Part shown: positions 1 to 9,941 of the stretch, piece by piece
Numbering within the stretch: the stretch's first letter is position 1
How the letters are laid out: every line of letters begins with the position of its first letter
Assembly (NCBI GenBank): GCA_041633885.1
Contig: JBFJMM010000001.1
Span: 1 to 33,441, forward strand
DNA length: 33,441 bases
Reading direction: 5' to 3'
Source of the DNA: Porticoccaceae bacterium
GTDB taxonomy: Bacteria; Pseudomonadota; Gammaproteobacteria; Pseudomonadales; Porticoccaceae
The notes under the pieces: model-generated
What the model was told of the DNA's origin: nothing
Seen by the model: the letters and a program-made list of their open reading frames with translations, nothing else
Databases searched by the model: none
Program-made: the position numbers and the translations under genes

Positions 1-308
1 AATGGCACCCGTTTTTCGTACGCCATGATGACCAGGGTACGGGTTTTTTGTCGATCGACCTTGACTTCTCGCGCGGTGATGTCCCGCACCCCGTTTATGG
101 TGAACAGTTTATCCAGAATACGTCTTACTTGTTGATCGGATATTTCGTGGATTTTTTCGTTTTTTAAGGAGTTGATTGAAGCCGACACGAAATAATTATC
201 CAGATAAAGCGGGCCTAATTTGAATAACGCCGTCAGAAAAAAGCCAATCACAGCGAGCAGAACAAGCATACTCAAAGACGACATACCCTGCTGATATCTT
301 CCATTCAT
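1..308 (-). CDS. DUF4845-like small membrane protein (5' part only; the 3' end runs off the window)
   Basis: My translation of the reverse strand from the ATG (complement of 306-308) gives MNGRYQQGMSSLSMLVLLAVIGFFLTALFKLGPLYLDNYFVSASINSLKNEK... A GGAGG lies about 9 nt upstream and there is one N-terminal TM helix. Its position directly downstream of lepB matches the small conserved ORF between lepB and rnc in pseudomonads. It is absent from the ORF track because no stop lies inside the window. Confidence 0.6.
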   Translation of the reverse strand, partial: MNGRYQQGMSSLSMLVLLAVIGFFLTALFKLGPLYLDNYFVSASINSLKNEKIHEISDQQVRRILDKLFTINGVRDITAREVKVDRQKTRTLVIMAYEKRVP

Positions 309-344
309 CGTAGTACCCTCCCGATTGTCCTGGTACGAACCACC

Positions 345-1112
345 TCAGTGAATTTTCCCCGCGCCGTCAAACCCCGGCAGGCTCCACAGGCTTTCCCAGT
401 GCATCCACACCAGAAAGGCCTTGCCGACAATATTTTGCTCTGGGACCGGCCCCCAGGCGCGACTGTCGTAACTGTTATCCCGATTATCACCGACCATAAA
501 ATAATGTCCTTCGGGAACAACCCTGGTTACATTGCGCCCAAATGCGGTCGGTGGAATACGCTTACGCATCAAATGCACCTTGCCATCGAGGTTTTCTTCC
601 ATGGTCCGATAGCCGAGCTCCTGTTCGCCGACATCGCCTGCCAACATCTGTGGCATCTTGGCCCCATTAACATATAGATTATTATCCAGTATCTGAATCT
701 CGTCGCCCGGTAACCCGATCACTCTTTTGATAAAATAGCGATCGTCTCCAGGCGGAAAGAATACCATTACATCGCCCCGTTGTGGCTCCCCGATATCCAC
801 CACCTTGGTACCCAGTACCGGCAGGCGTAAACCGTAGGCGAACTTGTTGACCAGGATAAAATCCCCGATACGTAGCGTAGGAATCATTGACCCTGAGGGA
901 ATCTGGAATGGCTCGACAATAAAGGATCGCAGGATTAACACTACCAGCAGGACCGGGAAAAACGGTGCCGTAAATTCCACATAAAAGGGGACCGCAGCGC
1001 CGTCACCGCCTTTGTCGTGGCGGCGTTTGCGCAGCACCAGCTTATCCAGCAGCCACACCAACCCCGCAACGGCGGTAAGCACAACCAGCAGCAACGGGAA
1101 ATCAATATTCAT
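345..1112 (-). CDS. lepB: Signal peptidase I
   Basis: 255-aa ORF starting at ATG. It has an N-terminal TM segment, the catalytic Ser box IPSGSMIPTL, the Lys box KRVIGLPGD and the GDNRDNSYDSR signature. It sits immediately downstream of lepA. Confidence 0.95.
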   Translation of the reverse strand: MNIDFPLLLVVLTAVAGLVWLLDKLVLRKRRHDKGGDGAAVPFYVEFTAPFFPVLLVVLILRSFIVEPFQIPSGSMIPTLRIGDFILVNKFAYGLRLPVLGTKVVDIGEPQRGDVMVFFPPGDDRYFIKRVIGLPGDEIQILDNNLYVNGAKMPQMLAGDVGEQELGYRTMEENLDGKVHLMRKRIPPTAFGRNVTRVVPEGHYFMVGDNRDNSYDSRAWGPVPEQNIVGKAFLVWMHWESLWSLPGFDGAGKIH

Positions 1113-1160
1113 AGCGGAATATCCTTTATTATTCGGTGCTCATTGCCTGGCTCGACGCCA

Positions 1161-2963
1161 TTAGCCGTTGTCCGTTTGCAGTACCGCCAGAAATGCCGCC
1201 TGAGGAATTTCTACGCGCCCCACCTGTTTCATGCGCCTCTTGCCGGCCTTCTGTTTCTCCAACAATTTCTTTTTGCGAGTGATGTCGCCACCGTAACATT
1301 TTGCCGTCACATTTTTACGCAAGGCCTTGACCGTGGTGCGCGCAATAATATGCCCACCCAACGCCGCCTGAATTGCCACATCGAACATCTGTCGCGGAAT
1401 CAATTCTTTCATTTTTTCGGTAATTAATCGCCCTTTTTGTTGCGCCTGATCCCGGTGCACGATCAGCGCCAGCGCATCCACTTTCTCCCCGTTAATCAAA
1501 ATATCCAGTTTGACCAGCGGCGCGGCCTGAAAACGTTCGAAATTATATTCCAGAGACGCAAACCCGCGACTCACCGATTTCAACCGATCGAAAAAATCCA
1601 TGACCACTTCGTTCATGGGTAACTCGTAGCTCAGCGATACCTGTTTCCCTGAAAACTGCATATCTTTTTGTACCCCACGTTTTTCTACGCACAGGGTAAT
1701 GACACTTCCCAGATGGTCCTTTGGTACCAGAATGTTGGCTACGCACAGGGGTTCGCGTATTTCGTCGACGGTGGCCGCGTCCGGCAAACTGGAGGGATTG
1801 GATACGTACACACATTCACCGCGAGTAGTCATCACCTCGTATATAACTGTTGGCGCGGTAGTGATCAGATCCAGGTCGTACTCGCGCTCCAGACGTTCCT
1901 GCACAATTTCCATGTGCAACAGACCCAAAAAACCACAGCGAAAACCAAAACCCAGCGCATCGGAACTTTCAGGTTCGTAAAATAGCGATGCGTCGTTGAG
2001 GGTCAATTTCCCAAGAGCATCGCGAAAATCTTCGAAATTATCGGAGCTGACCGGAAACATACCCGCGTAAACTTGCGGCTTGACCTTCTCGAAACCCGGT
2101 AACGCCGGCACTTCGGGAGTGCGGGCATGGGTAAACGTGTCCCCCACCGGTGCGCCGTGAATGTCCTTGATACCCGCCACCAGGAACCCGACCTCGCCGG
2201 CACGCAACACTCCGGTTTCCCTGCGCTTGGGGGTAAAAACACCAACCGCATCAACCGTGTACGCTTTGCCAATCACCTTGGATATAATTTTGTCTTTGGA
2301 GCGCAAAGTGCCTTGCATCACCCTGACCAGTGACACCACACCCAGATAATTGTCGAACCAGGAATCGATGATCAGCGCCTGCAAGGACGCGTTAACATCC
2401 CCCTGTGGCGGCGGTATGCGGGCCACCAGTTGTTCGAGGACCGCCTGTATGCCAAAACCTGTTTTTGCACTGCAGTGTACCGCCTCGCTGGCATCAAGGC
2501 CGATGATATCTTCGATCTCCGCAGCCACCCGCTCCGGTTCCGCCTGGGGCAGATCGATCTTGTTGAGCACTGGAATCACCTCCAGACCCAGGTTGATTGC
2601 CGTGTAACAGTTGGCAACTGACTGTGCCTCCACCCCCTGGGCCGCGTCTACCACCAGCAGTGCGCCTTCGCACGCCGCCAGCGATCGGGAAACCTCGTAG
2701 GAAAAATCCACGTGGCCCGGTGTGTCGATAAAATTCAGCTGATACGTGTTGCCGTCCAGGGCGGTGTAGTTCAAACACACGCTCTGCGCTTTGATAGTAA
2801 TGCCGCGCTCGCGCTCGATATCCATGGAATCGAGCACCTGGGCCGCCATCTCGCGGTCTTCCAGACCACCGCAAAACTGAATAAAGCGGTCCGCGATGGT
2901 GGATTTTCCGTGGTCTATATGGGCGATGATCGAAAAATTTCGAATATGATTGAGGGTGGGCAC
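1161..2963 (-). CDS. lepA: Elongation factor 4 (LepA GTPase)
   Basis: GTPase motifs [14 protein letters not shown] and NKID are present, with a LepA-type C-terminus. The track ORF begins at a TTG (2987). I prefer the GTG at 2961-2963 ([22 protein letters not shown]) because it matches the length of the typical LepA N-terminus. Confidence 0.93.
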   Translation of the reverse strand: MPTLNHIRNFSIIAHIDHGKSTIADRFIQFCGGLEDREMAAQVLDSMDIERERGITIKAQSVCLNYTALDGNTYQLNFIDTPGHVDFSYEVSRSLAACEGALLVVDAAQGVEAQSVANCYTAINLGLEVIPVLNKIDLPQAEPERVAAEIEDIIGLDASEAVHCSAKTGFGIQAVLEQLVARIPPPQGDVNASLQALIIDSWFDNYLGVVSLVRVMQGTLRSKDKIISKVIGKAYTVDAVGVFTPKRRETGVLRAGEVGFLVAGIKDIHGAPVGDTFTHARTPEVPALPGFEKVKPQVYAGMFPVSSDNFEDFRDALGKLTLNDASLFYEPESSDALGFGFRCGFLGLLHMEIVQERLEREYDLDLITTAPTVIYEVMTTRGECVYVSNPSSLPDAATVDEIREPLCVANILVPKDHLGSVITLCVEKRGVQKDMQFSGKQVSLSYELPMNEVVMDFFDRLKSVSRGFASLEYNFERFQAAPLVKLDILINGEKVDALALIVHRDQAQQKGRLITEKMKELIPRQMFDVAIQAALGGHIIARTTVKALRKNVTAKCYGGDITRKKKLLEKQKAGKRRMKQVGRVEIPQAAFLAVLQTDNG

Positions 2964-3076
2964 GTTGATGGTTTCGTTCCGTAACAATGGGGCGGGATGC
3001 GCGACGACGCGAAGTCTAGCGCATTTGCCCCGGAGGCGCTACGAACGCCCCCTGGGTACGGGCGGAAAGACAACCA

Positions 3077-4444
3077 TCAATTTATTTCAATGGTGCGGAA
3101 GATTGACCTGCCCCGCCGGAAAAAACGCATTGCCACGGGGGTATCATCGGGCAACTCAGCCAGTACCTGGTGATAATCGTTAATGTCGGAGATGACCTTG
3201 TACCCGAGCTGCACTATGACATCACCAGGTTGCAGGCCGGCAACCTCGCCGGGGGTATCGGGATAGACCCGCCGAATGGCCACTCCCCCGGTTATGTTCC
3301 AGTTCTGTCGCACATCGTCTTCCACCGGCTCGACTTCCAGCCCGATGCGGTCACCAGCGGCGTTCGCGGCAAAAGTTGGGGGTTCATCCTCTCCTGGCCG
3401 CTTGCCCACCTGCACTGCCACCTCACGTTGGCGACCCTTGCGCATGAGTACCGCCGTTGCTTTGCTGCCCGGCGACATCAGCCCGACGGTGTGGGGCAAA
3501 TCACTGGCGTCCTCGATCGGCTGGTCATTAAACTCGACCACCACATCGCCCGCTTTGATACCCGCTTTCTCCGCCGGTCCGTCCTTTTCAACCTGGGCGA
3601 TCAGCGCGCCCTGGGGCTTGCTCAAGCCCAGAGATTTTGCCAGATCCCGATCGACGTCCTGTATATACACACCCAACCAGCCACGATCTACCCGACCCTT
3701 GCTCTTCAACTGGGCGACCACCTCCTTAGCCACGCTAGTGGGGATTGCAAACGACAGCCCGATCGAGCCGCCCGAGCGCGTATAGATTTGCGAATTGATG
3801 CCAACCACCTCGCCGGCAAGATTAAATAGCGGACCGCCGGAGTTGCCGGGGTTGATCGCCACGTCACTCTGAATAAAAGGGACATAATCCTCGCCCCGCT
3901 CGGTGGGAATACTCCTGCCGATAGCGCTGACGATGCCCACGCTCGCCGAGTAATCCAGCCCAAAGGGCGAGCCGATTGCCACCACCCATTCGCCAACTTT
4001 TAACGTATCGGCTGCCGCCAGTTTGACAGCGGGTAACTCCCGCGCGTCAATTTTTATCAATGCGAGATCCGAGCGCGGGTCGACGCCCACCACCGTGCCG
4101 GGAAATTCGCGACGGTCAATCAACCGCACGTTGATCTCGCTGGCTCCGTCAATCACGTGGTTATTGGTTAAAATGTAGCCGTCCCGGGAAATTATAAAAC
4201 CGGAGCCCATCGAATACGCCTTGCGTTGGGGCATACGTCGCTGTTCGAAAAAATCGCGAAAAATATCCGGCATATCCGGCGGCAGTTGTTGCCCGCGGCG
4301 CAGCGACGTCTTTTCTACGGTATTTATTTTTACCACGGCCGGTGAGTTTTCCTCAATCAGCTGCGTAAAATTCGGTAGCTCGGCAGCGAACGACGCCATC
4401 CAGGCAAACCCCAGCACCAGAGCCGTACAACACTTTCTCATCAT
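3077..4444 (-). CDS. mucD: Periplasmic serine endoprotease, HtrA/DegP/MucD family (two PDZ domains)
   Basis: Signal peptide MMRKCCTALVLGFAWMASFAA, a TNNHV / D / GNSGGPL catalytic triad context, and a C-terminal half consistent with two PDZ-like domains. AGGAGG lies about 10 nt upstream of the ATG. It is the last gene of the rpoE-mucABCD-type cluster. Confidence 0.9.
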   Translation of the reverse strand: MMRKCCTALVLGFAWMASFAAELPNFTQLIEENSPAVVKINTVEKTSLRRGQQLPPDMPDIFRDFFEQRRMPQRKAYSMGSGFIISRDGYILTNNHVIDGASEINVRLIDRREFPGTVVGVDPRSDLALIKIDARELPAVKLAAADTLKVGEWVVAIGSPFGLDYSASVGIVSAIGRSIPTERGEDYVPFIQSDVAINPGNSGGPLFNLAGEVVGINSQIYTRSGGSIGLSFAIPTSVAKEVVAQLKSKGRVDRGWLGVYIQDVDRDLAKSLGLSKPQGALIAQVEKDGPAEKAGIKAGDVVVEFNDQPIEDASDLPHTVGLMSPGSKATAVLMRKGRQREVAVQVGKRPGEDEPPTFAANAAGDRIGLEVEPVEDDVRQNWNITGGVAIRRVYPDTPGEVAGLQPGDVIVQLGYKVISDINDYHQVLAELPDDTPVAMRFFRRGRSIFRTIEIN

Positions 4445-4538
4445 CTTTCCAGGCCTCCTGACAACAGCCTCGCATACAAAATTAGGGCAACACGGGTGAC
4501 TAAATAGTTACGCAGAACCTAAATATCAACCCCCAACG

Positions 4539-5027
4539 CTACGACATGTGTAAATGATGTCCCTGCCCCTCCGTAGGGCGCGCCGCCGCGCCCTGGCCTG
4601 ACAGGAGGATAGGTTGTATAGCGCTCCGATTGCGGGTCAGCCAGGCACAAAAACGCACCGCAGCGCCAGCGGTGAATAGCCCCGCGGCCGCCATCATCGC
4701 CACCCAGATATCGTCAACCAACAGACGCTGACCAAACCAGGCACCGCCCAGTAAACCCGCTAGCGGTGCGGCGTACACCAACAACGATCCTGTTACCACG
4801 ACATTTTCCGGTATACCGATGGTGACGGTATCACCCGCGCGCAGTGAGCGGTTAGTATGGGCGCCCGTCAGCACGCGGATCAGCGTCGTTTTGCCGGTTA
4901 ATTTACTCAACAAACGCTGACCACAACCCCGCTCACCGGCGCAGGTCGCGCAGGCCGAGGACTGTATGGTTTCCACCCAGATGTGGTCGACACCGCACGC
5001 CACGATAGTTCCCTTTTCTTCAATCAT
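4539..5027 (-). CDS. mucC: RseC/MucC family positive regulator of sigma-E (SoxR-reducing system RseC-like)
   Basis: Cys motif CATCAGERGCG followed by two TM helices. The ATG at 5025-5027 overlaps the mucB stop within the octamer ATGATTGA; the track start at 5033 is a TTG. Gene order supports the call. Confidence 0.8.
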   Translation of the reverse strand: MIEEKGTIVACGVDHIWVETIQSSACATCAGERGCGQRLLSKLTGKTTLIRVLTGAHTNRSLRAGDTVTIGIPENVVVTGSLLVYAAPLAGLLGGAWFGQRLLVDDIWVAMMAAAGLFTAGAAVRFCAWLTRNRSAIQPILLSGQGAAARPTEGQGHHLHMS

Positions 5028-6051
5028 TGCCAATGCCTGACGGTCCCAGCTGTACGGACTCGGCGATGCGCTGGGCTGTTAACTTGGGAATTTCCCCGAC
5101 CACACAGATGTTGTAGGGTTGCCCCGCAAAAGTGACCCGGGACATATGCGCCACAGTGGCGCCGCGCTGCGCCTGTACCACCGGTACACCAGGGGGCGGC
5201 TTCGCATCTACAAAAATTGAAAAAGCCGCCAGGCCATCGGTATACAGCGCTGACTGCGTCCTGTTGCCGGAATCCGCCCCCCCCGCCCGCACAAACCCGG
5301 GAGGAATCCAGTTACCGCGCCACGCAACCTCTGGCGATACTTGCGTGGCGACATCCGTTGTGCGGGTATTGCAGGGCCTGCCGTCCAGTTCGGCAACAGA
5401 CTGGTTTGCCTCAGCAGCGATCAACTCCGCCTCGCTAATCTCCGCGCCTATCTCAATGTCCGTATATTGAAAACGCTCCAGCGCCCGGTCCCCGTTGCCC
5501 ACCAGAATCAGCTGCATCAATAACCCGGTTTGGGCGTCCAGCCCCGCGATATAACCGTAGCGAAACTCGTCCCTTGGCACCAGATGGATAACGGTTATCT
5601 GGCGATTCGCAATTCGATCTTCACCGCGGTGAAATAAATTGTAGTACCCCGCAAGAGGCCGATAAGTCCCGTCCCTGACGCCAGGCGCCTCACCGCGCAA
5701 CAACAGATCACCGATGCGTCGGCAATCAACGGCGTTACCCTGCCGGATAATTTCGCGATGCGTACCATTGAGGTGGACGAGGCGTTCAAACTCACGTCCA
5801 TTCTTTACGCCGTGAACTATCCTGATCGCCTTGAGAGCACCGCCATATTCGTAGGTAAAGGTTCCGCGATAATTGAGGGCGCGACCCGCCTCCGCCATTT
5901 GCGCCAGCAAACCCTCCACGGAGTTTTTGTCGCCCGCCGCCCAGGTGGATCCTGCGACCACGCAAAACACCATCGCAGCCACGGCAAACCATCGCTGCAA
6001 GCGCACAGGCTCCCCTCGAATCAGGTGCAATAAACGGGCGTCAGCGGCCAT
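5020..6051 (-). CDS. mucB: Sigma-E regulatory protein RseB/MucB (periplasmic)
   Basis: About 340 aa with a signal peptide (..WFAVAAMVFCVVAGSTWA) and MucB/RseB-typical size, located between the anti-sigma gene and rseC. The ATG at 6049-6051 overlaps the mucA stop by 11 nt. The track start at 6075 is a TTG. Confidence 0.85.
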   Translation of the reverse strand: MAADARLLHLIRGEPVRLQRWFAVAAMVFCVVAGSTWAAGDKNSVEGLLAQMAEAGRALNYRGTFTYEYGGALKAIRIVHGVKNGREFERLVHLNGTHREIIRQGNAVDCRRIGDLLLRGEAPGVRDGTYRPLAGYYNLFHRGEDRIANRQITVIHLVPRDEFRYGYIAGLDAQTGLLMQLILVGNGDRALERFQYTDIEIGAEISEAELIAAEANQSVAELDGRPCNTRTTDVATQVSPEVAWRGNWIPPGFVRAGGADSGNRTQSALYTDGLAAFSIFVDAKPPPGVPVVQAQRGATVAHMSRVTFAGQPYNICVVGEIPKLTAQRIAESVQLGPSGIGND

Positions 6052-6709
6052 CCTGCTGTTGCGGTAGACGCGCAAAAGGCAGCATACCCTGGCTAGAATT
6101 GAGCGATGCCTGCTCCGTATGGGCCTGCATCATCTGGTTGAGATAGTGCTCTATTTGTCGCTCGGTCAAGGCGTCTGGGCGCGGTTGATCCAGCACCAGC
6201 AGCGCCCGAGGTTCATTCGCGCTGGCACCAGCCCCGGTGCTGACATTGCGCGCGCTGACCATGGGCGCCTGAAACCCGGCCGGCAGTTGGTATTCAGCGC
6301 GGTATTCGCCACTGGCGCCAGGCGTCGCCTCGGCCAGCGCGTCGCCCCCCAGATCGGAGGTCGCGGCATTGAAATAGAGGTGCTGACTGGCCACAATCGC
6401 GATCACCGCAACGGACGCCGCGATGGCAGCCCGCCCGACGGGAGAAAGAAACTTTTTGACCGTATCGAGCGCGCCTGTGGATAACTTTTCAGCTTCTAAT
6501 GCCGCGCTGATCTGGCTGGAAAAATCCACCAGCTGTACCGGCAGTTCGCGACGCATCGCCTGCGAGGCCATCTGATAACGATGCCAGGAGTCCCGCAACT
6601 GCGTATCGGTAGACAGGGCGTGTAAAACGCGGCGGGCCTCCAGTTCGTTTGCTTCTCCATCCATTAACGCGGATAAGGACTCACGGACATTGTTATCAGG
6701 CTGGCTCAT
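6041..6709 (-). CDS. mucA: Anti-sigma-E factor RseA/MucA
   Basis: The N-terminus SQPDNNVRESLSALMDGEANELE is the conserved RseA/MucA sigma-binding start. There is a central TM segment (AAIAASVAVIAIVA) and a periplasmic C-terminal domain. The gene lies downstream of rpoE. Confidence 0.85.
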   Translation of the reverse strand: MSQPDNNVRESLSALMDGEANELEARRVLHALSTDTQLRDSWHRYQMASQAMRRELPVQLVDFSSQISAALEAEKLSTGALDTVKKFLSPVGRAAIAASVAVIAIVASQHLYFNAATSDLGGDALAEATPGASGEYRAEYQLPAGFQAPMVSARNVSTGAGASANEPRALLVLDQPRPDALTERQIEHYLNQMMQAHTEQASLNSSQGMLPFARLPQQQDGR

Positions 6710-6855
6710 TGATTTTTTACCTTTTTAGTCAGACTCAATAGCGGTGTCGTCAAAGGTGGCACGTTGTAAAACACTCCGTTGAGAGCAGGGTCGGCGCAGG
6801 TACTGTGCACAATTTTTCGCCAACTTGCACGGTCTGGCGTCTCTCGTCTGGCTAA

Positions 6856-6882
6856 TCAGACCGGCCAGCTGCAAAAAGGTTC
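6856..6882 (-). promoter_or_regulatory. Candidate sigma-E (AlgU/RpoE)-type promoter in the rpoE-mucA spacer
   Basis: The minus strand reads GAACCT (comp. 6877-6882), then 16 nt, then TCTGA (comp. 6856-6860). The published AlgU/sigma-E consensus is GAACTT-N16/17-TCTGA. The site starts 7 nt after the rpoE stop and lies about 150 nt upstream of the mucA ATG. Confidence 0.5.
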
Positions 6883-6888
6883 AACAAA

Positions 6889-7482
6889 TTACAGCAACCC
6901 ATCCTGCAGTGATTTTATTTGTATTTCAATAGCTTCCCGCGCGCGAAAAATTCGCGAACGCACCGTTCCCACCGGGCAGTCCATGACCGCCGCGATATCT
7001 TCGTAGCTCAGCCCATCAAATTCCCGCAGCGTAACAGCCGTGCGCAGGTCCTCCGGTAAATTCTTGATGGCGTCATCCACCACCTGTTCCAGTTGATCCC
7101 GCGCCAGCAGGTTCTCGGGGGAATCCACATCCCGCAGGGAGTCGCCTCCTCCAAAAAATTCGGCGTCGTCCACATCGACGTCGTTACTCGGCGGCCTGCG
7201 GTTACGGGATACCAGATAATTCTTCGCCGTGTTGACCGCGATGCGGTACATCCAGGTATAAAATTGACTGTCACCGCGAAAATTATGGATGGCGCGGTAG
7301 GCTTTGATAAACGCTTCCTGCACCACATCGGCGACCTCATCCCGATCGCGCACAAAACGGCCCACAATGGCCTGCACCTTGTACTGATATTTCAATACCA
7401 ACAAATCAAACGCTCGCTTGTCGCCTTTCTGGACGCGAACGACCAACTCATTGTCCGAATCCTGGGGTTTGTCTACACCCAT
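6889..7482 (-). CDS. rpoE: ECF RNA polymerase sigma factor RpoE/AlgU (sigma-24)
   Basis: 197 aa. Region 2 reads DVVQEAFIKAYRAIHNFRGDSQFYTWMYRIAVNTAKN and region 4 reads LSYEDIAAVMDCPVGTVRSRIFRAREAI. AAGGGGA lies 6 nt upstream of the ATG. It is followed by the anti-sigma genes and is divergent from nadB, the classical arrangement. Confidence 0.95.
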   Translation of the reverse strand: MGVDKPQDSDNELVVRVQKGDKRAFDLLVLKYQYKVQAIVGRFVRDRDEVADVVQEAFIKAYRAIHNFRGDSQFYTWMYRIAVNTAKNYLVSRNRRPPSNDVDVDDAEFFGGGDSLRDVDSPENLLARDQLEQVVDDAIKNLPEDLRTAVTLREFDGLSYEDIAAVMDCPVGTVRSRIFRAREAIEIQIKSLQDGLL

Positions 7483-7537
7483 TTACATCCCCTTATCCTT
7501 ATTGTGCGCAAACGCGGCTATCGCCAAACAAGTGAGA

Positions 7538-7564
7538 CTAGACAATCCAGGCGCCATTTGGTTC
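7538..7564 (-). promoter_or_regulatory. Weaker sigma-E-like promoter candidate upstream of rpoE (possible autoregulation)
   Basis: The minus strand reads GAACCA (comp. 7559-7564), then 16 nt, then TCTAG (comp. 7538-7542), about 55 nt upstream of the rpoE ATG. The -10 element matches only partly. Confidence 0.3.
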
Positions 7565-7645
7565 GCGATCGCCCGGGCGACGCCATGTAGGTTTTTAGCG
7601 ACGCCTATACTATCATGCCCGGCCCGGAGTTAAGGGACTCGCGCG

Positions 7646-9274
7646 GTGCACAGCAACAAAACTTACTACCACGATGTACTCGTCATTGGCAGCGGTGCGG
7701 CCGGCATGACGCTTGCGTTACACCTGGCCGACAGCCACAACGTTGCCCTGATCAGTAAGGACCAGCTGCGCACCGGTTCAACCTGGTTCGCCCAGGGCGG
7801 CATTGCCGCCGTTCTCGACCCGGCCGACAGTATCGAAGCCCACGCACAGGACACCATGCGTGCCGGTGCTGGGCTGTGCCATCAGGACGTGGTGCATTTT
7901 GTTGTATCCCAGGGTCCCGAAGCTATTCGCTGGCTCATTGAACAGGGCGTCTCCTTCAGTCGCGACGCAGCTAGCGGCGACTACCATCTCACCAAAGAAG
8001 GCGGCCACAACCATCGGCGTATTCTGCACACCGCAGACGCCACCGGCAAAGCCGTATCCGGCACCCTCGCCGAACGGGTACTGGAGCACGCCAATATTCA
8101 GGTGTTCACCGAACACGTTATCGTCGACCTCACCACACAGGCGGACGCCAGCTCCCGCAAATTACGCTGCAATGGCGCTTACGTGCTGGACCGAACCCGC
8201 GACGAAGTGTGCCTGTTTCAGGCCAAAATCGTCGCCCTCGCGACCGGCGGCGCCAGTAAGGCGTATCTGTATACCAGTAACCCCGACGGAGCCAGTGGCG
8301 ACGGTATCGCAGTGGCGTGGCGACGGGGTTGCCGGGTTGCCAATATGGAATTCAATCAGTTTCACCCCACCTGCCTGTTTCACCCCCGGGCGAAAACATT
8401 GCTGGTCAGCGAGGCCCTGCGTGGGGAAGGCGCCCTATTGCGCCTCGCCAGTGGCGAGCGCTTTATGCCCCGCTTCCATCCCGACGCGGAACTTGCTCCC
8501 CGGGATATCGTGGCGCGTGCCATTGACCACGAAATGAAGCGGCTGGGCAACGATTGCGTGTTTCTGGATATCAGTCATAAGTCCGCTGATTTTATCGAAA
8601 ACCATTTTCCAACCGTGCGCGCGCAATGTCTGGAATATGGCATCGACATCTGCAGGGAGCCCATTCCGGTGGTTCCTGCCGCCCATTACACCTGCGGCGG
8701 CATTGTGGTCGATATGCAGGGTCACACCGATCTTGAAAATCTCTACGCGGCCGGCGAGTGCACGTTCACCGGCCTGCATGGCGCCAATCGCATGGCCAGC
8801 AATTCATTGCTCGAGTGTATTGTGTTTGCCCGTTCCGCAGCGGCGAGTATTAACGCCCGTATCGCGCACATAGAAAAACCTAATTATGTCAAGGAATGGG
8901 ATGCCACCCGCGTCACCCACTCGGACGAAGATGTGGTGATTTCCCACAACTGGGACGAATTGCGACGCTTTATGTGGGACTACGTGGGCATCGTGCGCAC
9001 CCGCAAACGCCTGGAGCGGGCCGCCCATCGCATCGATATGCTCAAACGGGAAATTCAGGAGTACTACAGCAATTACAAGATTAGCGCCGATCTGCTGGAG
9101 CTGCGCAACCTGGCAGTGGTTGCCGACCTGATGATTCGCTCTGCCCTGCTGCGCAAGGAAAGCCGCGGCCTGCACTTCACCCTCGATTACCCGGACGCCT
9201 CCCCCGTGGCGAAAGACACCATTCTGGTGCCCATGAATTTCGCCGACCAGGAAATTATCGTCAGTAAAAATTGA
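7646..9274 (+). CDS. nadB: L-aspartate oxidase
   Basis: 542 aa. FAD dinucleotide motif VLVIGSGAAG and a succinate dehydrogenase/fumarate reductase flavoprotein-like core (RFHPDAELAPRDIVARAI, AAGECTFTGLHGANRMASNSL). GTG start with AAGGGA 8 nt upstream. Divergent from rpoE. Confidence 0.95.
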   Translation: MHSNKTYYHDVLVIGSGAAGMTLALHLADSHNVALISKDQLRTGSTWFAQGGIAAVLDPADSIEAHAQDTMRAGAGLCHQDVVHFVVSQGPEAIRWLIEQGVSFSRDAASGDYHLTKEGGHNHRRILHTADATGKAVSGTLAERVLEHANIQVFTEHVIVDLTTQADASSRKLRCNGAYVLDRTRDEVCLFQAKIVALATGGASKAYLYTSNPDGASGDGIAVAWRRGCRVANMEFNQFHPTCLFHPRAKTLLVSEALRGEGALLRLASGERFMPRFHPDAELAPRDIVARAIDHEMKRLGNDCVFLDISHKSADFIENHFPTVRAQCLEYGIDICREPIPVVPAAHYTCGGIVVDMQGHTDLENLYAAGECTFTGLHGANRMASNSLLECIVFARSAAASINARIAHIEKPNYVKEWDATRVTHSDEDVVISHNWDELRRFMWDYVGIVRTRKRLERAAHRIDMLKREIQEYYSNYKISADLLELRNLAVVADLMIRSALLRKESRGLHFTLDYPDASPVAKDTILVPMNFADQEIIVSKN

Positions 9275-9280
9275 TCCTGT

Positions 9281-9712
9281 CTAGCCGGCAGTTCCCGAAC
9301 CAGGTCCGACCGTTCGCAACCACAGCGCGAGGCGACGAAAATCGTCCCCCCTACTACAGCTGTCGCGAAACACCGGCAGGCGCGTGGCGCGCCGACCCGT
9401 TTCGTTTATTCTGAGCACGATCAGCCAATTGCTAAAGTACGCGATGTCGCATTGACGCAGCGGCCACGTGCGGCCCGACCGCACCACCGACCAGCGCCCA
9501 CCGTAGCAGGCCAGACGTTCGACCGACCCCACCGAACGCATGCGGTGTAACGCCATAAGCAGCCCGCAACCCAGCCCTCCCAACAGCCCCCACCGCAACG
9601 CCGTGGGCAGGGACAGAAGCAGCAGCAAACCGGCGCTCACTGCATATACCAGCCCTAACAAGGCCAGGTAATAGCGGGACGGTTGCAGTTTGATCTCAAG
9701 ACTGGCGTTCAC
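9281..9712 (-). CDS. YgfX/CptA-like inner-membrane protein (DUF1434-type)
   Basis: Two adjacent TM helices (YYLALLGLVYAVSAGLLLLLSLP / WGLLGGLGCGLLMAL) are followed by a soluble tail ending FRRLALWLR. It lies immediately downstream of sdhE, as in the E. coli ygfY-ygfX pair. The start is uncertain: the GTG at 9710-9712 overlaps the sdhE 3' end by 17 nt, and the track start at 9754 lies deep inside sdhE. Confidence 0.6.
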   Translation of the reverse strand: MNASLEIKLQPSRYYLALLGLVYAVSAGLLLLLSLPTALRWGLLGGLGCGLLMALHRMRSVGSVERLACYGGRWSVVRSGRTWPLRQCDIAYFSNWLIVLRINETGRRATRLPVFRDSCSRGDDFRRLALWLRTVGPGSGTAG

Positions 9713-9941
9713 GGGCAGCGCGAATAATATCGACAATACGGCGCGTCTCCGCATCCGCGGGTGTGTGCTGTTGCATCAGCCAGCCGAATAGATCCTGATC
9801 CTCGCAGGTCAGCAACTGGACGTACCGCGCCTGGTCCTCCGCCGACAGCGATGGGTATATCTGATCGACAAAGGGCTGCAGTATCAGGTCGAGTTCCAGC
9901 ATACCGCGACGGCTGGCCCAGAAAAGTTTGTTGCGCTCCAT
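9696..9941 (-). CDS. sdhE: FAD assembly factor SdhE (YgfY/CptB)
   Basis: MERNKLFWASRRGMLELDLIL... carries the RGxxE motif, followed by DQDLFGWLM...PADAE. The size (81 aa) and alignment agree with E. coli SdhE. I use the ATG at 9939-9941; the track start at 9950 is a GTG. Confidence 0.85.
   Translation of the reverse strand: MERNKLFWASRRGMLELDLILQPFVDQIYPSLSAEDQARYVQLLTCEDQDLFGWLMQQHTPADAETRRIVDIIRAARERQS

Noticed and set aside
2989-3031. Long interrupted stem-loop (GGGGC..ATGCGC / GCGCAT..GCCCC) between the mucD stop and the lepA start, considered as the mucD terminator.
   Set aside because: There is no U-tract after the stem on the minus strand, and the stem has internal bulges. It could be a REP-like or processing structure, but I cannot support a terminator call. 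The same applies to the GC-rich nested hairpin after the desaturase stop (28985-29011).
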